A stretch of 34,273 nucleotides of DNA from a virus (Duplodnaviria; Caudoviricetes): IMG/VR virus record IMGVR_UViG_3300036546_000386, positions 1 through 34,273 of that record; one strand, given 5' to 3'. A program made the position numbers and the translations under genes. The notes beneath the pieces are model-generated. The model was not told where the DNA came from. It did not search any database and saw only the letters and a program-made list of their open reading frames with translations. This document shows positions 1 through 8,882 of this stretch, piece after piece; the stretch's first letter is position 1; the number at the start of each line of letters is the position of its first letter.

Positions 1-303
1 ATGGAAAAGGTTGAGATTACTAGAGAGCATTGCAAAATGATGGGTGATTTTTTTATCAATGATTGTATTGATGGAAAAAAGATTGATGATTTGACTATTC
101 CTGAGATGAAGAGATATTTAGGTGAGAGAAATAGCACTATAAGTATTTCTTTGGCACTTCAAAAATGTGGACTTGCACATGAGATTATGGCTGGAACTAT
201 TGCATCAAGACTTACAGGCGATAGAGATATACCTTTGGTATGTCTTAAGCATGAAAAAGTAGAACTAAAACCAAGGGAAACGGTAGAGGTAAAGCAAAAG
301 TAG
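1..303 (+). CDS. hypothetical phage early protein
   Basis: 100-aa ORF, co-oriented with early operon; start at window edge cannot be verified. Confidence 0.6.
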   Translation: MEKVEITREHCKMMGDFFINDCIDGKKIDDLTIPEMKRYLGERNSTISISLALQKCGLAHEIMAGTIASRLTGDRDIPLVCLKHEKVELKPRETVEVKQK

Positions 304-341
304 ATTTATAGAGCTCTTATAGAAGAGTTCTATTAAGTCTA
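301..341 (+). repeat. 41-nt bulged hairpin, copy 1
   Basis: TAGATTT-ATAGAGCTCTT-atag-AAGAGTTCTAT-t-AAGTCTA. Confidence 0.75.
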
Positions 342-404
342 TAAAACGACTTGTACTACACAAACCTTTTAGAGGTTTAGTAGTATTGGCATTTAGTGCC
401 ATGT

Positions 405-414
405 GTTCTTTGAA
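405..414 (+). promoter_or_regulatory. boxA-like antitermination motif
   Basis: GTTCTTTGAA directly after small hairpin TGGCATTTAGTGCCA; similar AATCTTTGAAA at 6833. Confidence 0.4.
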
Positions 415-456
415 TTGGTATTGTTAAGGGGATAAATTTTATTTAAAGGATTTATC

Positions 457-729
457 GTGTTGTTATTTTTGAAAGTAGATTGCCTTGAGAGTTTAAATCT
501 TGAAGAAATGGAAGCTGGTAAAGAAGTAGATATTAGAGGTGTTGTTACGCATATGTATTTTAATGATGATTATATAAGAGAGCTTGAGAAAAAAGCACAA
601 CAATATGATGAGATTGATGTTGTGGAAGCAATGAAAAAATATGAAAAAAATAATATCAATCGAAAGTATGAAGATGATTGTAATGACAGCTTCATCGGGC
701 ATGATGTGAAACCTAGAGAGTCTCTTTAA
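457..729 (+). CDS. hypothetical protein
   Basis: GTG start preceded by AAGGA; 90 aa, acidic. Confidence 0.6.
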   Translation: MLLFLKVDCLESLNLEEMEAGKEVDIRGVVTHMYFNDDYIRELEKKAQQYDEIDVVEAMKKYEKNNINRKYEDDCNDSFIGHDVKPRESL

Positions 730-1027
730 TCTTCTCTAGGTTGCTATGGATAGAATCAAGGCGTTCATCAAACATCTTTGCTACATTTTGAGTTATATCG
801 TTTGTTTTTTGATTAAATTGTTCGGCAATAAATTTCTTAGTCTCTAAAAAATCTTTAGCTTCTTCGATAGTTTTAGAAGAGTAAATTTCTTGATAAACAT
901 CATAAAAATCTTGATTAAGCTTTTTAGCTTGTTCGTTAAATGAAAGATTTAAATCAAATTGTAACTGTAATAAGTCGTGAATTTGAGTTTGAAACTCAAT
1001 TAATATTTCTTTTAAATTATTGTCCAT
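713..1027 (-). CDS. hypothetical helical protein, counter-oriented moron
   Basis: AAGGA RBS, extended -10 TGATAAAAT at 1065-1073 (minus). Confidence 0.7.
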   Translation of the reverse strand: MDNNLKEILIEFQTQIHDLLQLQFDLNLSFNEQAKKLNQDFYDVYQEIYSSKTIEEAKDFLETKKFIAEQFNQKTNDITQNVAKMFDERLDSIHSNLEKIKETL

Positions 1028-1318
1028 TGGTAAGTCCTTTTTTATAGTTTGGTTTGGTGATTAAATTTTATCAAAGGATTTTCCAATATCCCCTTAGTAA
1101 TATCAATTCGTAAACTTATTGTTAAAAATCGAGTCGGCGGGATTCTTGAATAGAGATGAAGGTTGAGGCAACAGAGACGATGATACAACTCTACTCGTAG
1201 GTAAAGCTTCTAAGGAAGAGCCTAAACTATGTATCAATATTTATTATTAAGTCCTCTTTTTGCGAATTTTAGAGGGCTTAACCGTGAATAACTAAAATTA
1301 ATTATTAAGGTAAAAAAC

Positions 1319-1486
1319 ATGATACATAAGTGTGGGTATTGGGATATAGATACTGAGGTCTTAATCATAATGCTTATTTTAGTTTTAGCAGTCTCTTTTA
1401 TATTTTTATTTGGGATTGCTAAAGAGATTGCTAAGTCTATGGATAGGATAGAAGAGATTCAAAACCATATGAAAGGAGGTAAATAA
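1319..1486 (+). CDS. small single-pass membrane protein (55 aa; not in ORF track)
   Basis: AAGGT RBS; MIHKCGYWDIDTEVLIIMLILVLAVSFIFLFGIAKEIAKSMDRIEEIQNHMKGGK; stop abuts next start. Confidence 0.6.
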   Translation: MIHKCGYWDIDTEVLIIMLILVLAVSFIFLFGIAKEIAKSMDRIEEIQNHMKGGK

Positions 1487-1488
1487 TA

Positions 1489-1794
1489 ATGAGTAGAATT
1501 GACAGAAACTTTAGAATGATTCGATTTGAAAACACTATAAATAAAGAGGTAAAAATTGTAACTGCTTTGAGGGCTAGGTTTGATAATCGTTGTTTGCATG
1601 ATGGCAAATATATAGAAAAATACAACCTTGATAAGACCTCTTTTTCAAAACTAATGAAGAGAAGAGTAACTGGAACAAACCTAAAAGTTGCTGATACTAC
1701 AACGGGAAAGATAATAGTACAACTTAAAAAAGATGGAATATGGTCAGGTCCACTTCCTTGGGAGGATAAAGATGAAGAGCAAAGAGTTAGCTAA
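1489..1794 (+). CDS. putative DNA-binding protein in Ner position
   Basis: basic 101 aa with HTH-like segment (YIEKYNLDKTSFSKLMKRR), immediately upstream of transposase. Confidence 0.55.
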   Translation: MSRIDRNFRMIRFENTINKEVKIVTALRARFDNRCLHDGKYIEKYNLDKTSFSKLMKRRVTGTNLKVADTTTGKIIVQLKKDGIWSGPLPWEDKDEEQRVS

Positions 1795-3673
1795 AAAACA
1801 TAATGTAAGTGAAAGATATATAAGAGCAAAAACAAAAGAAGCTAGTGATAAAAATGAGTTGTATGTAAATATAGGTAGTGATAAGTATAACTATGTTTTA
1901 AAATCAACAGGACGAGGTAGACCTGCTTACTTCTATGAAGAGGTAAAGAGTAGTGAAGTTGTAATACAAAACATACAAACACCTAGACTTGATTTGGAAA
2001 TCAAAGAGTACCAAAAAGAAAAGTTGGATTTGAAGCTTGTAGTTATGAGTGAGTTCTCTTCTTGGAAAAGAGCTAGAAGGGGAACTGTTAAAGAGTTTAT
2101 ATCTTGGGTAGAAAAGCATTTTGATATGAAATATACATATAGGATGCATCATCGCTGGGAAGAACTTTATAAAGCTAATGGAGCAAGGGCATTGTTAGAT
2201 AAAAGAGGAAGAGAAAAAGGAAAAACTATAAAACTAAATGGTGAGCAACAAAGATTTTTGATACAAAACTTTAGAGCATTTGGAGCTGGAGAGATAAATT
2301 ATACTCAACTTTGGGAGCAGTTACATGACTTTGAGAGTAAAAATAAAGGCTTTGATTTTATGGCTTGGAAAAAAGGAAAGATACCAAATCTGTGTGATAG
2401 AGGAGTAGTTCAGAGATTTATCACTAATTACTATGAAAATAGAGTTATAGAGTGGACACTTATTACTAAAGGTGAAGATTTTAATAAATCATATAACCAA
2501 CCAGCTCTTGGAAAAAGAGCTTCCACTTTTAAGTTTAAAAATGAATGTTGGGAGATAGATAGTACACCTGCTGATGTGATTATTTTCCATGAGGGACAAC
2601 AACTGCGTCCTGATATTTTAGCCATAAAAGATTGTTATAGTGGGAGATGTGTTGCACACTTGGCTGTTAAATCAAATACTTTAGCCATCATAAGATTACT
2701 TTGGAAAGCCATAGAAACCTTGGGTATGCCAAAAGTCATAAAAGGTGATAACGGGCGTGATTATGTATCTTTGCAATTTCAAAAGTTGGTTGAAAATCTT
2801 GGTATTAGATATGAAAAAGCTACTGCTTATGCTGGTGATGAGAAAGGTATGGTTGAGAGAAATTTTAGAACTTTACAACACTCTTATATGAGATGTTTAG
2901 CTGGATTTATCGGTCACAATGTAGGTCATAGGCAAAAAATAGAACAACAAACGGCAAAAAAGAATAGAAAAGCAAAAGATGAGTTTGGAAATATAGCAAA
3001 AACTCAAACTGCTAGTAGTGAACTTCTATCCTGGGATGAGTTTGATGCAAAACTTCAAGAGGCTGTTTTCTTATGGGAGATTGATAAGAAAAGAAGAAAA
3101 GGACCTAGTCCTGCAGAACTTTGGAATGAGTGCTTAGAGCGAGTTGTGAAGATTGATTATGAAAACTTTTTGGTTTATGCAGGTGGATTTACACAAAGAA
3201 CTGTGCAAAAAGATGGAATCAATTATGATGGTAGAAGTTATAAGAGTAGTTTTATTCACAAGTATAGAGCTCAAAAAGTCTATGTATCTGAGAATATAGA
3301 CAATATGAGCGAAGTATTTGTATTTGATATGAAAGGAAATTTGATAGGAGTTTGTGAAGATATGAATATTTCTAATATGCAAAAAGAAGACTTTATCAAG
3401 CAAAGAAAAGAGTTTGTTAAAGAGGTCGCTGGAATACAAAAAGAGATTAAAAATAGCAAACTTAGTGCTAGAAGTAAATCTAATATCAAAGATGATCTAC
3501 GAAGAGCTAAAGATGAACATGCTCAAACACTTCGACCTCAAAAAACTAAAAAAATAGCAAATCTTGATTTAAGTAAAAATGTTGAAAACAAAAGAAGAGC
3601 TAACCTTCTTGATAAAGCTACCAAAGAGGTTGTGAGTGAAAGTCCTTATGCTGATTATGCAGTGGGCTATTAA
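1772..3673 (+). CDS. Mu-like DDE transposase A
   Basis: WEIDSTP, KGDNGRDY, EKGMVERNF catalytic motifs; N-terminal HTH; Mu-transpos_C-like region (RTVQKDGINYDG); start 1772 after GGAGG. Confidence 0.95.
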   Translation: MKSKELAKKHNVSERYIRAKTKEASDKNELYVNIGSDKYNYVLKSTGRGRPAYFYEEVKSSEVVIQNIQTPRLDLEIKEYQKEKLDLKLVVMSEFSSWKRARRGTVKEFISWVEKHFDMKYTYRMHHRWEELYKANGARALLDKRGREKGKTIKLNGEQQRFLIQNFRAFGAGEINYTQLWEQLHDFESKNKGFDFMAWKKGKIPNLCDRGVVQRFITNYYENRVIEWTLITKGEDFNKSYNQPALGKRASTFKFKNECWEIDSTPADVIIFHEGQQLRPDILAIKDCYSGRCVAHLAVKSNTLAIIRLLWKAIETLGMPKVIKGDNGRDYVSLQFQKLVENLGIRYEKATAYAGDEKGMVERNFRTLQHSYMRCLAGFIGHNVGHRQKIEQQTAKKNRKAKDEFGNIAKTQTASSELLSWDEFDAKLQEAVFLWEIDKKRRKGPSPAELWNECLERVVKIDYENFLVYAGGFTQRTVQKDGINYDGRSYKSSFIHKYRAQKVYVSENIDNMSEVFVFDMKGNLIGVCEDMNISNMQKEDFIKQRKEFVKEVAGIQKEIKNSKLSARSKSNIKDDLRRAKDEHAQTLRPQKTKKIANLDLSKNVENKRRANLLDKATKEVVSESPYADYAVGY

Positions 3674-3697
3674 AAGTATTATTTAAAAGGAGTTTAA

Positions 3698-4564
3698 ATG
3701 GATGTTAAAGAGTTGTTAAATTTAGGGTTTGATGAGTTGGTGGATGAGTTTAAAACTCAAACAGGAATAAGTGCCAATGCCTTGGCAAAAGCAATAGGTG
3801 TAAGTGCTGCAAAGATTAGTCAAATACGAAAAGGTGATTATGATGATGTAGATGGAACTGAAGAAAAAGCTAGAGTTTATATAAAACTTGAGATTGAAAA
3901 GTTACAAATAAAAAAGCATGAACAAAAGAAGATACCTTTTAGATTTGTAGCTGAAGCTAGTGGAAAAATAAAAACAAGTGTTGATAAAAACAAAGTTGTT
4001 TTAGTTAGGGGTGATAGTGGAAGCGGTAAGACTACACTTTTAAGAGCTTTTGCCAAAGAGTATCCAAATCATATATTTATTCAAGCTTACAAAGGTATGA
4101 AGAAAAGTGAACTTATACGATTGATTAGTGAAAGTAAAGAGACTTCCTTGACAAATATCATACCAAGAATTAGAGGAAAAATACTTATTTTAGATGAAGC
4201 AAATAAATTAAGTGGTGGCACTTTAGAGTGGCTTCGAAGTTTATATGACAAATCAGGTATGGCAATGATTTGGGCAGGAACATATGAAGATATAAATGAT
4301 GTACTTTATAAACAGCCTGAACTAAATAGAAGATGTAGAAAAGTTTATATGAGAAACTTGGATGATAATGAGCTTTCAATTCTTGTGAACTCATATGAGC
4401 TTGTAAACACTACTGAATATACAATACTTTTAAAACAACATTTTAAAGGACAATTGGGACTTTGTGTTGAAGTACTCAATGAGATGAAAGATCTAGTTTT
4501 AGAAAAAGGCTCAACGATGGATAATGTTGAAAGATTTAAAGAAATTATACAAATGATTGAATAA
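3698..4564 (+). CDS. Mu B-like transposition AAA+ ATPase
   Basis: N-terminal HTH, Walker A GDSGSGKT, Walker B ILILDEA, follows transposase. Confidence 0.93.
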   Translation: MDVKELLNLGFDELVDEFKTQTGISANALAKAIGVSAAKISQIRKGDYDDVDGTEEKARVYIKLEIEKLQIKKHEQKKIPFRFVAEASGKIKTSVDKNKVVLVRGDSGSGKTTLLRAFAKEYPNHIFIQAYKGMKKSELIRLISESKETSLTNIIPRIRGKILILDEANKLSGGTLEWLRSLYDKSGMAMIWAGTYEDINDVLYKQPELNRRCRKVYMRNLDDNELSILVNSYELVNTTEYTILLKQHFKGQLGLCVEVLNEMKDLVLEKGSTMDNVERFKEIIQMIE

Positions 4565-4579
4565 CAAAGGAGCTTGAAG

Positions 4580-4708
4580 ATGCATGAGTTAGTGTTTGTG
4601 ATTTTGGTGGTGTTGAGTTTTTTGGTTGGTTTTATTTTTAATGAGGTCATAAGAAGCAAGAAAGATGACGGAAAGATGGAGTTTAGTGAAAGGCTGAAAA
4701 ATGACTAG
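4580..4708 (+). CDS. small membrane protein (42 aa; not in ORF track)
   Basis: AAGGAG RBS; MHELVFVILVVLSFLVGFIFNEVIRSKK... Confidence 0.6.
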   Translation: MHELVFVILVVLSFLVGFIFNEVIRSKKDDGKMEFSERLKND

Positions 4709-4964
4709 AAAGAACTTGAAAGTAGAAGAGATAAAAGAGGGTGAGTATCTTGTAAAAGTTGGAGTTGTGAGCTTCCAAATTGATAGAAAAAATCTTGAAG
4801 TTTTAGCTTTTTTGATAGCTAATACTTTAGGTGTAAATATGGTGGAAGATGAAGAGCTTCAAGAGGTATTTAAAAGATATGACGATTTAAGAATATCTGT
4901 TCCTGTACTTAGAGTCAATGCAAATTCTCAAAGTACAAAAGAACATCCACTTGGAAAGAAATAG
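4701..4964 (+). CDS. hypothetical protein
   Basis: overlaps upstream stop, operon context. Confidence 0.65.
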   Translation: MTRKNLKVEEIKEGEYLVKVGVVSFQIDRKNLEVLAFLIANTLGVNMVEDEELQEVFKRYDDLRISVPVLRVNANSQSTKEHPLGKK

Positions 4965-5005
4965 AATATTCATAGAGCAGCTAGTGAGCTGCTTTATTGA
5001 GTATT
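4965..5005 (+). repeat. 41-nt bulged hairpin, copy 2
   Basis: AATATTC-ATAGAGCAGCT-agtg-AGCTGCTTTAT-t-GAGTATT. Confidence 0.8.
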
Positions 5006-5030
5006 ACTCAAATCAATATAAAGGATACAA

Positions 5031-5219
5031 ATGAAAAAAGAAGAGTTAATTGAGTGGATTGATGGAGAAGTCAAAAAAATAGATGAAGATGAAAGATATC
5101 ACTATCGTCCAAGGGCAACGATAAGAGAAAATGCACCACTTGCATTTGTTCAATTTGAAATGGAAACAAAAATGAGACTTTTAAAAGAGTTCAAACAAAA
5201 ATTAAATGAGGAGAAATAA
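5031..5219 (+). CDS. hypothetical protein
   Basis: AAGGA RBS, TAATG coupling to next gene. Confidence 0.7.
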   Translation: MKKEELIEWIDGEVKKIDEDERYHYRPRATIRENAPLAFVQFEMETKMRLLKEFKQKLNEEK

Positions 5220-6058
5220 TGGCAAAAATTGCAGAAAATGGCTGGTGGGAAGATAGTAATGGTGATTATAAACATCCAGCAACAATAGATATAGATAGAA
5301 CTCTAGAGGATGAACTTGTAGAAAAAATTCATGAAAAAGGTAAAAATCTACAAGCTGAACTTTTAAAGTATAAGGCTTTTGTGTATTCAGAGTGTTATGC
5401 ATTTATTGATGAACTACGAAGTGTATATGGTATCGAAAGATTAAAAGGAAAGACAGAGAGGGTGACTCTTAGAAGTTTCAATGGAACTAAAGAGTTTAAA
5501 ATATCTGTAAATAATTTGATTGATTACAATCCTACAAAGATAGAACTTGCTAGAGAAAAGTTTTTGGAATATGCAAACTTAAAAGTTAGGGATGTGAAAG
5601 ATAATGACATCAAAACTATAGTGCTAGGTGCATTGACTCCAAAAAATGGAAGATATGATGATAAAGAGCTTCAAAAACTTATTAATTGGGGATTGGAACA
5701 TCCACTTTGGCAAGAAGGTGTTGACCTTATCAATAAAGCAAGAATGACTACAGGAACTAAATCATATATAAATCTTAGACAAAGGGAAGGTTTAAAGCTA
5801 GATGGTAGATGGGAAGCAATTCTTCTTGACCTTGCAGCTCTTCCTGTGGAGGATTCAGTTATTCAAAAAAATCTTGAGTTTATAGAGTGGATGAAAAAGA
5901 TTGTTAGAACTCTTGACTATCCAAAATATGCAAATTTCACAAATGGTTTTTGGAGAAAGTTATTTGATGAAGATAAAACCACGCAAGAGGCTTTTGAAGT
6001 AGCAGATAGATCTTTGGCGACTAAATTAAAAGAAGAAGAGGATATGAGCCATGAATAA
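5219..6058 (+). CDS. DUF3164-family Mu-like early protein with C-terminal extension
   Basis: motifs WEDSNG, EDELV, VTLRSFNG, GTKSYI typical of DUF3164; position downstream of B. Confidence 0.75.
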   Translation: MAKIAENGWWEDSNGDYKHPATIDIDRTLEDELVEKIHEKGKNLQAELLKYKAFVYSECYAFIDELRSVYGIERLKGKTERVTLRSFNGTKEFKISVNNLIDYNPTKIELAREKFLEYANLKVRDVKDNDIKTIVLGALTPKNGRYDDKELQKLINWGLEHPLWQEGVDLINKARMTTGTKSYINLRQREGLKLDGRWEAILLDLAALPVEDSVIQKNLEFIEWMKKIVRTLDYPKYANFTNGFWRKLFDEDKTTQEAFEVADRSLATKLKEEEDMSHE

Positions 6059-6560
6059 AGGACATTTTGAAGTAGCTTTTGACGAGGTTATAGGTCAAGA
6101 AGCTGGGTATGTAAATGATAGTAAAGATAGAGGTGGTGAGACTAAGTTTGGAATATCAAAAAGGTCTTACCCAAACTTAGATATTGCAAACCTAACAATA
6201 GAAGATGCAAGAAATATTTACTTTAGAGATTATTTCTCAACGCCAACTTTGTCATTGCAAAATATTAGTAATGAAAAGATTGCAAAAGAGGTATTTAATA
6301 CAGCTGTTGTGATGGGTACAAGAACTGCGGGAAAGATACTACAAGAAGCCTTGAATTTACTTAATAGAAATGGTCGTTTATATGATGATTTAAAAGTAGA
6401 TGGATGGATTGGTGACAAGTCTATGAAAGCAATTGCTTTAGTTCAACCAAGAAGATTACTTAAGACTTTAAATGGTTTGCAATTTTGTAGATTTAAAGAG
6501 ATAGTAGAAAATGACCCAATTCAAGAGAGATTCTTTGCTGGATGGTTGGAAAGGGTTTAG
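6051..6560 (+). CDS. glycoside hydrolase family 108 lysozyme with PG-binding_3 domain
   Basis: EAGYVNDSKDRGGETKFGIS (EGGY-type motif), LKVDGWIG, FFAGWLERV. Confidence 0.92.
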   Translation: MNKGHFEVAFDEVIGQEAGYVNDSKDRGGETKFGISKRSYPNLDIANLTIEDARNIYFRDYFSTPTLSLQNISNEKIAKEVFNTAVVMGTRTAGKILQEALNLLNRNGRLYDDLKVDGWIGDKSMKAIALVQPRRLLKTLNGLQFCRFKEIVENDPIQERFFAGWLERV

Positions 6561-6561
6561 T

Positions 6562-6789
6562 ATGAAAGAATATAAAATTTTTATACCTATTAGCATTGAT
6601 GGTGAAAAGTCTGTAAAAGAGTTAAGCGTTATAGCAAATAGTGTTACTGAAGCACATTTAGCTGGAGTAGCTTGGGTAAAAGAGAGTATCAAATTGATTG
6701 AATATCCAAGTAAAGATGAAATGAAATCACATAGCTATATGTCTGCTGGTTATAAAGATGAAGGTTTAGATTCTTCTTGTGGAGAATAA
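6562..6789 (+). CDS. hypothetical protein
   Basis: ATG 1 nt after lysozyme stop. Confidence 0.6.
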   Translation: MKEYKIFIPISIDGEKSVKELSVIANSVTEAHLAGVAWVKESIKLIEYPSKDEMKSHSYMSAGYKDEGLDSSCGE

Positions 6790-6825
6790 AGAATTATGAA
6801 GAGCTATAAACTCTTCATAATTCTT
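6789..6825. terminator. perfect 15-bp inverted repeat (terminator or processing stem)
   Basis: AAGAATTATGAAGAG-ctataaa-CTCTTCATAATTCTT. Confidence 0.55.
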
Positions 6826-6939
6826 AACTTTAAATCTTTGAAATTACACTTAAAAGTGTCGATAGATTATATCAAATGTAGTTTAAATAAAGGTTTGTAG
6901 GTATGCAAGGCTTTATTTAGATTATAAATAGGAGGAAAA

Positions 6940-7170
6940 ATGGATTATAAAAATTTAGAAATGCTTGTATCAAAGCATAATAAATATGTTGGATTAAGAA
7001 ATAAATTAATGGATGAAGATTATCAGGATGCAATATTACTAGAGGATGGATTGAGCATCGATACAGAGGATAGATTACTTTTCATAAATTCTATAAAAGA
7101 ATGTTACACAAAAGTAATAATTAATTTGGAACAAGAGATTGATGAAGTGTATAAAAGTACTAGACCATAA
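6940..7170 (+). CDS. hypothetical protein
   Basis: AGGAGG RBS. Confidence 0.75.
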   Translation: MDYKNLEMLVSKHNKYVGLRNKLMDEDYQDAILLEDGLSIDTEDRLLFINSIKECYTKVIINLEQEIDEVYKSTRP

Positions 7171-7179
7171 GGAGAAAAA

Positions 7180-7392
7180 TTGGGAGCTTTAGTAAGTAAA
7201 GAAGAGTATTTAAAAACAGTATCAAAAGAAGAGCTTTATGAACTGTGGGGAAATCAATGTGAAAAAAATAGAGCTAATCAAAACAGAATCATATGCTTGG
7301 AGAGTAGATTAGAAAGTGCAGAAAGAGAGGCTGAAAAGTATAGAAGATTTTGGAGAGATGAATTAAGAGAAAAAAGAAGAAAAAATGAGTGA
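7180..7392 (+). CDS. hypothetical coiled-coil protein
   Basis: TTG start with AAGGAG RBS. Confidence 0.65.
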   Translation: MGALVSKEEYLKTVSKEELYELWGNQCEKNRANQNRIICLESRLESAEREAEKYRRFWRDELREKRRKNE

Positions 7393-7600
7393 ACTAGAAA
7401 TATTACAGGAACTAAAAGTGTTAAGAAAGCTAAAGAAAGCTACGGAGATAAAGATTGCAAAACATAAGCAAGACATAGAGGCTTGGGATGGTCGTATAAA
7501 GGAGATACAGAGTAATTGTAAACATGACTTTGAGCATGAGAGTGTTTGGTATTTAGAACAATATACTTGCAAGACTTGTGGACTTGTAGAAATTTGGTAA
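7385..7600 (+). CDS. small coiled-coil protein with putative Zn ribbon
   Basis: CKH...CKTCG at C-terminus. Confidence 0.7.
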   Translation: MSELEILQELKVLRKLKKATEIKIAKHKQDIEAWDGRIKEIQSNCKHDFEHESVWYLEQYTCKTCGLVEIW

Positions 7601-7614
7601 GTGAAAGGGAGATA

Positions 7615-7767
7615 ATGAATAAGAATAAGCTAAAAAAGAAAATAAAAGAGTGTATCAATCGTGTTTATGCTTCTGAAGGTGCACTTGAAAAGGCAACTGC
7701 CGAGGCAATGAGTGCAATAGATAAGTATAGTCAAAAGATAGAAAAAACAAAGAAGGTAGCTTCATAG
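7615..7767 (+). CDS. hypothetical protein
   Basis: start reassigned to MNKNK after GGGAG; ends IEKTKKVAS. Confidence 0.6.
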   Translation: MNKNKLKKKIKECINRVYASEGALEKATAEAMSAIDKYSQKIEKTKKVAS

Positions 7768-7797
7768 AGCAGTTTTTGGACTGCTCTATTGAGATTA
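7738..7797 (+). repeat. 60-bp direct repeat copy A (contains hairpin copy 3, 7757-7797)
   Basis: first 31 nt identical to 8853-8883. Confidence 0.9.
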
Positions 7798-7818
7798 AAA
7801 ATAATAAAAGGAGTAAAA

Positions 7819-8289
7819 ATGAGTTATGAACTTTTTGAAAAAGCAGCTGCAGTAAATGGTCAGTTTGAGGTAATTCCACCTAAGACAAGTATTCTTGCAA
7901 AAGGCATCGTTATAGACAATAATGGTTATATGCACTACAAAGGTAAAACATATATAACCAACATGGTAAAGCTATCAGATTTGCCAATAGAATTACAAAA
8001 TCTCTTTATAGAAAAGAAACTACCAGTTCCAAAGAGCACACAAGAAGTGGTAGAAGTAGAAGAACCCAAAGAAAATCAATTTGATGTACTAAACAAGGCA
8101 CTATACGAGCAACTACAAAATATAATTGACCCTGAAAAAGGCACAGATATAAGCCAAGAACTAAAAAAAGCAAATGCAGTCTGTAACGTGGCAGATAAGC
8201 TTATAAGTATTGCTGACTTATCTTTAAAAGCTGAAATGTTTTATGAGAAAAAGAGAACTGTATATAGACGAAGTCTGTATCAGGATTAA
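7819..8289 (+). CDS. hypothetical protein of the type found upstream of phage HNH genes
   Basis: AAGGAG RBS; C-terminal ELKKANAVCNVADKLISIADLSLKA helix. Confidence 0.7.
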   Translation: MSYELFEKAAAVNGQFEVIPPKTSILAKGIVIDNNGYMHYKGKTYITNMVKLSDLPIELQNLFIEKKLPVPKSTQEVVEVEEPKENQFDVLNKALYEQLQNIIDPEKGTDISQELKKANAVCNVADKLISIADLSLKAEMFYEKKRTVYRRSLYQD

Positions 8290-8291
8290 CC

Positions 8292-8882
8292 ATGAAATAT
8301 TTAGAAATACATGAAGATTTTTTAAAAAAACATGAGACAACTCCGAGAAAAGAACTTGCAAGACTTTTTAATGCTAAGTTTGGAAGTGAAGTAAGTGCTA
8401 AAGGATTGGGTCAAAAGTGTATAAAACTTGGTCTTGTTTGTCCTAATACCGGTGTGTTTAAAAAAGGGAGTATCCCTGCGAACAAAGGTACAAAAGGACT
8501 TAAAGGAGCAAATAAAACATCATTTAAACCTGGTAATAAACCTATGCAAACAAAAAGAGTAGGAAGTGTTTCGTACCGAAAAGATAAAAATGGTAGTTTA
8601 TATATGCACATAAAAGTTGCAGAACCAAATAAATGGCAAATGCTTCATGTGTATATTTATGAGAACAAACATGGAAAAGTTGTAAAAGGTCATTGTGTAA
8701 TTTTCAAAGATAAAAACACATTAAATCCAAGACTAGACAACCTTATGCTTATTTCAAGAAGTGAATTGGTAAGGCTAAATCAAAAATATTCCAATATTGA
8801 TAAAAGTCTAAAAGATACGGCTTTACAAGTTATAAAAATATCTCACGAAATTATAGAAAAAACAAAGAAGGTAGCTTCATAG
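8292..8882 (+). CDS. HNH endonuclease (HNH_3-type)
   Basis: FKKG..PANKG/FKPG..P repeats, HVYIYE..HG, VIFKDKNTLN..LDNL..ISRSEL..LN. Confidence 0.85.
   Translation: MKYLEIHEDFLKKHETTPRKELARLFNAKFGSEVSAKGLGQKCIKLGLVCPNTGVFKKGSIPANKGTKGLKGANKTSFKPGNKPMQTKRVGSVSYRKDKNGSLYMHIKVAEPNKWQMLHVYIYENKHGKVVKGHCVIFKDKNTLNPRLDNLMLISRSELVRLNQKYSNIDKSLKDTALQVIKISHEIIEKTKKVAS

Noticed and set aside
1026-1087. RBS-sequestering hairpin / type I toxin mRNA for ORF 713-1027
   Set aside because: The predicted minus-strand -10 lies inside the repeat, so the mRNA would lack one arm; G-U pairing favours the + strand; the protein is not a small hydrophobic toxin
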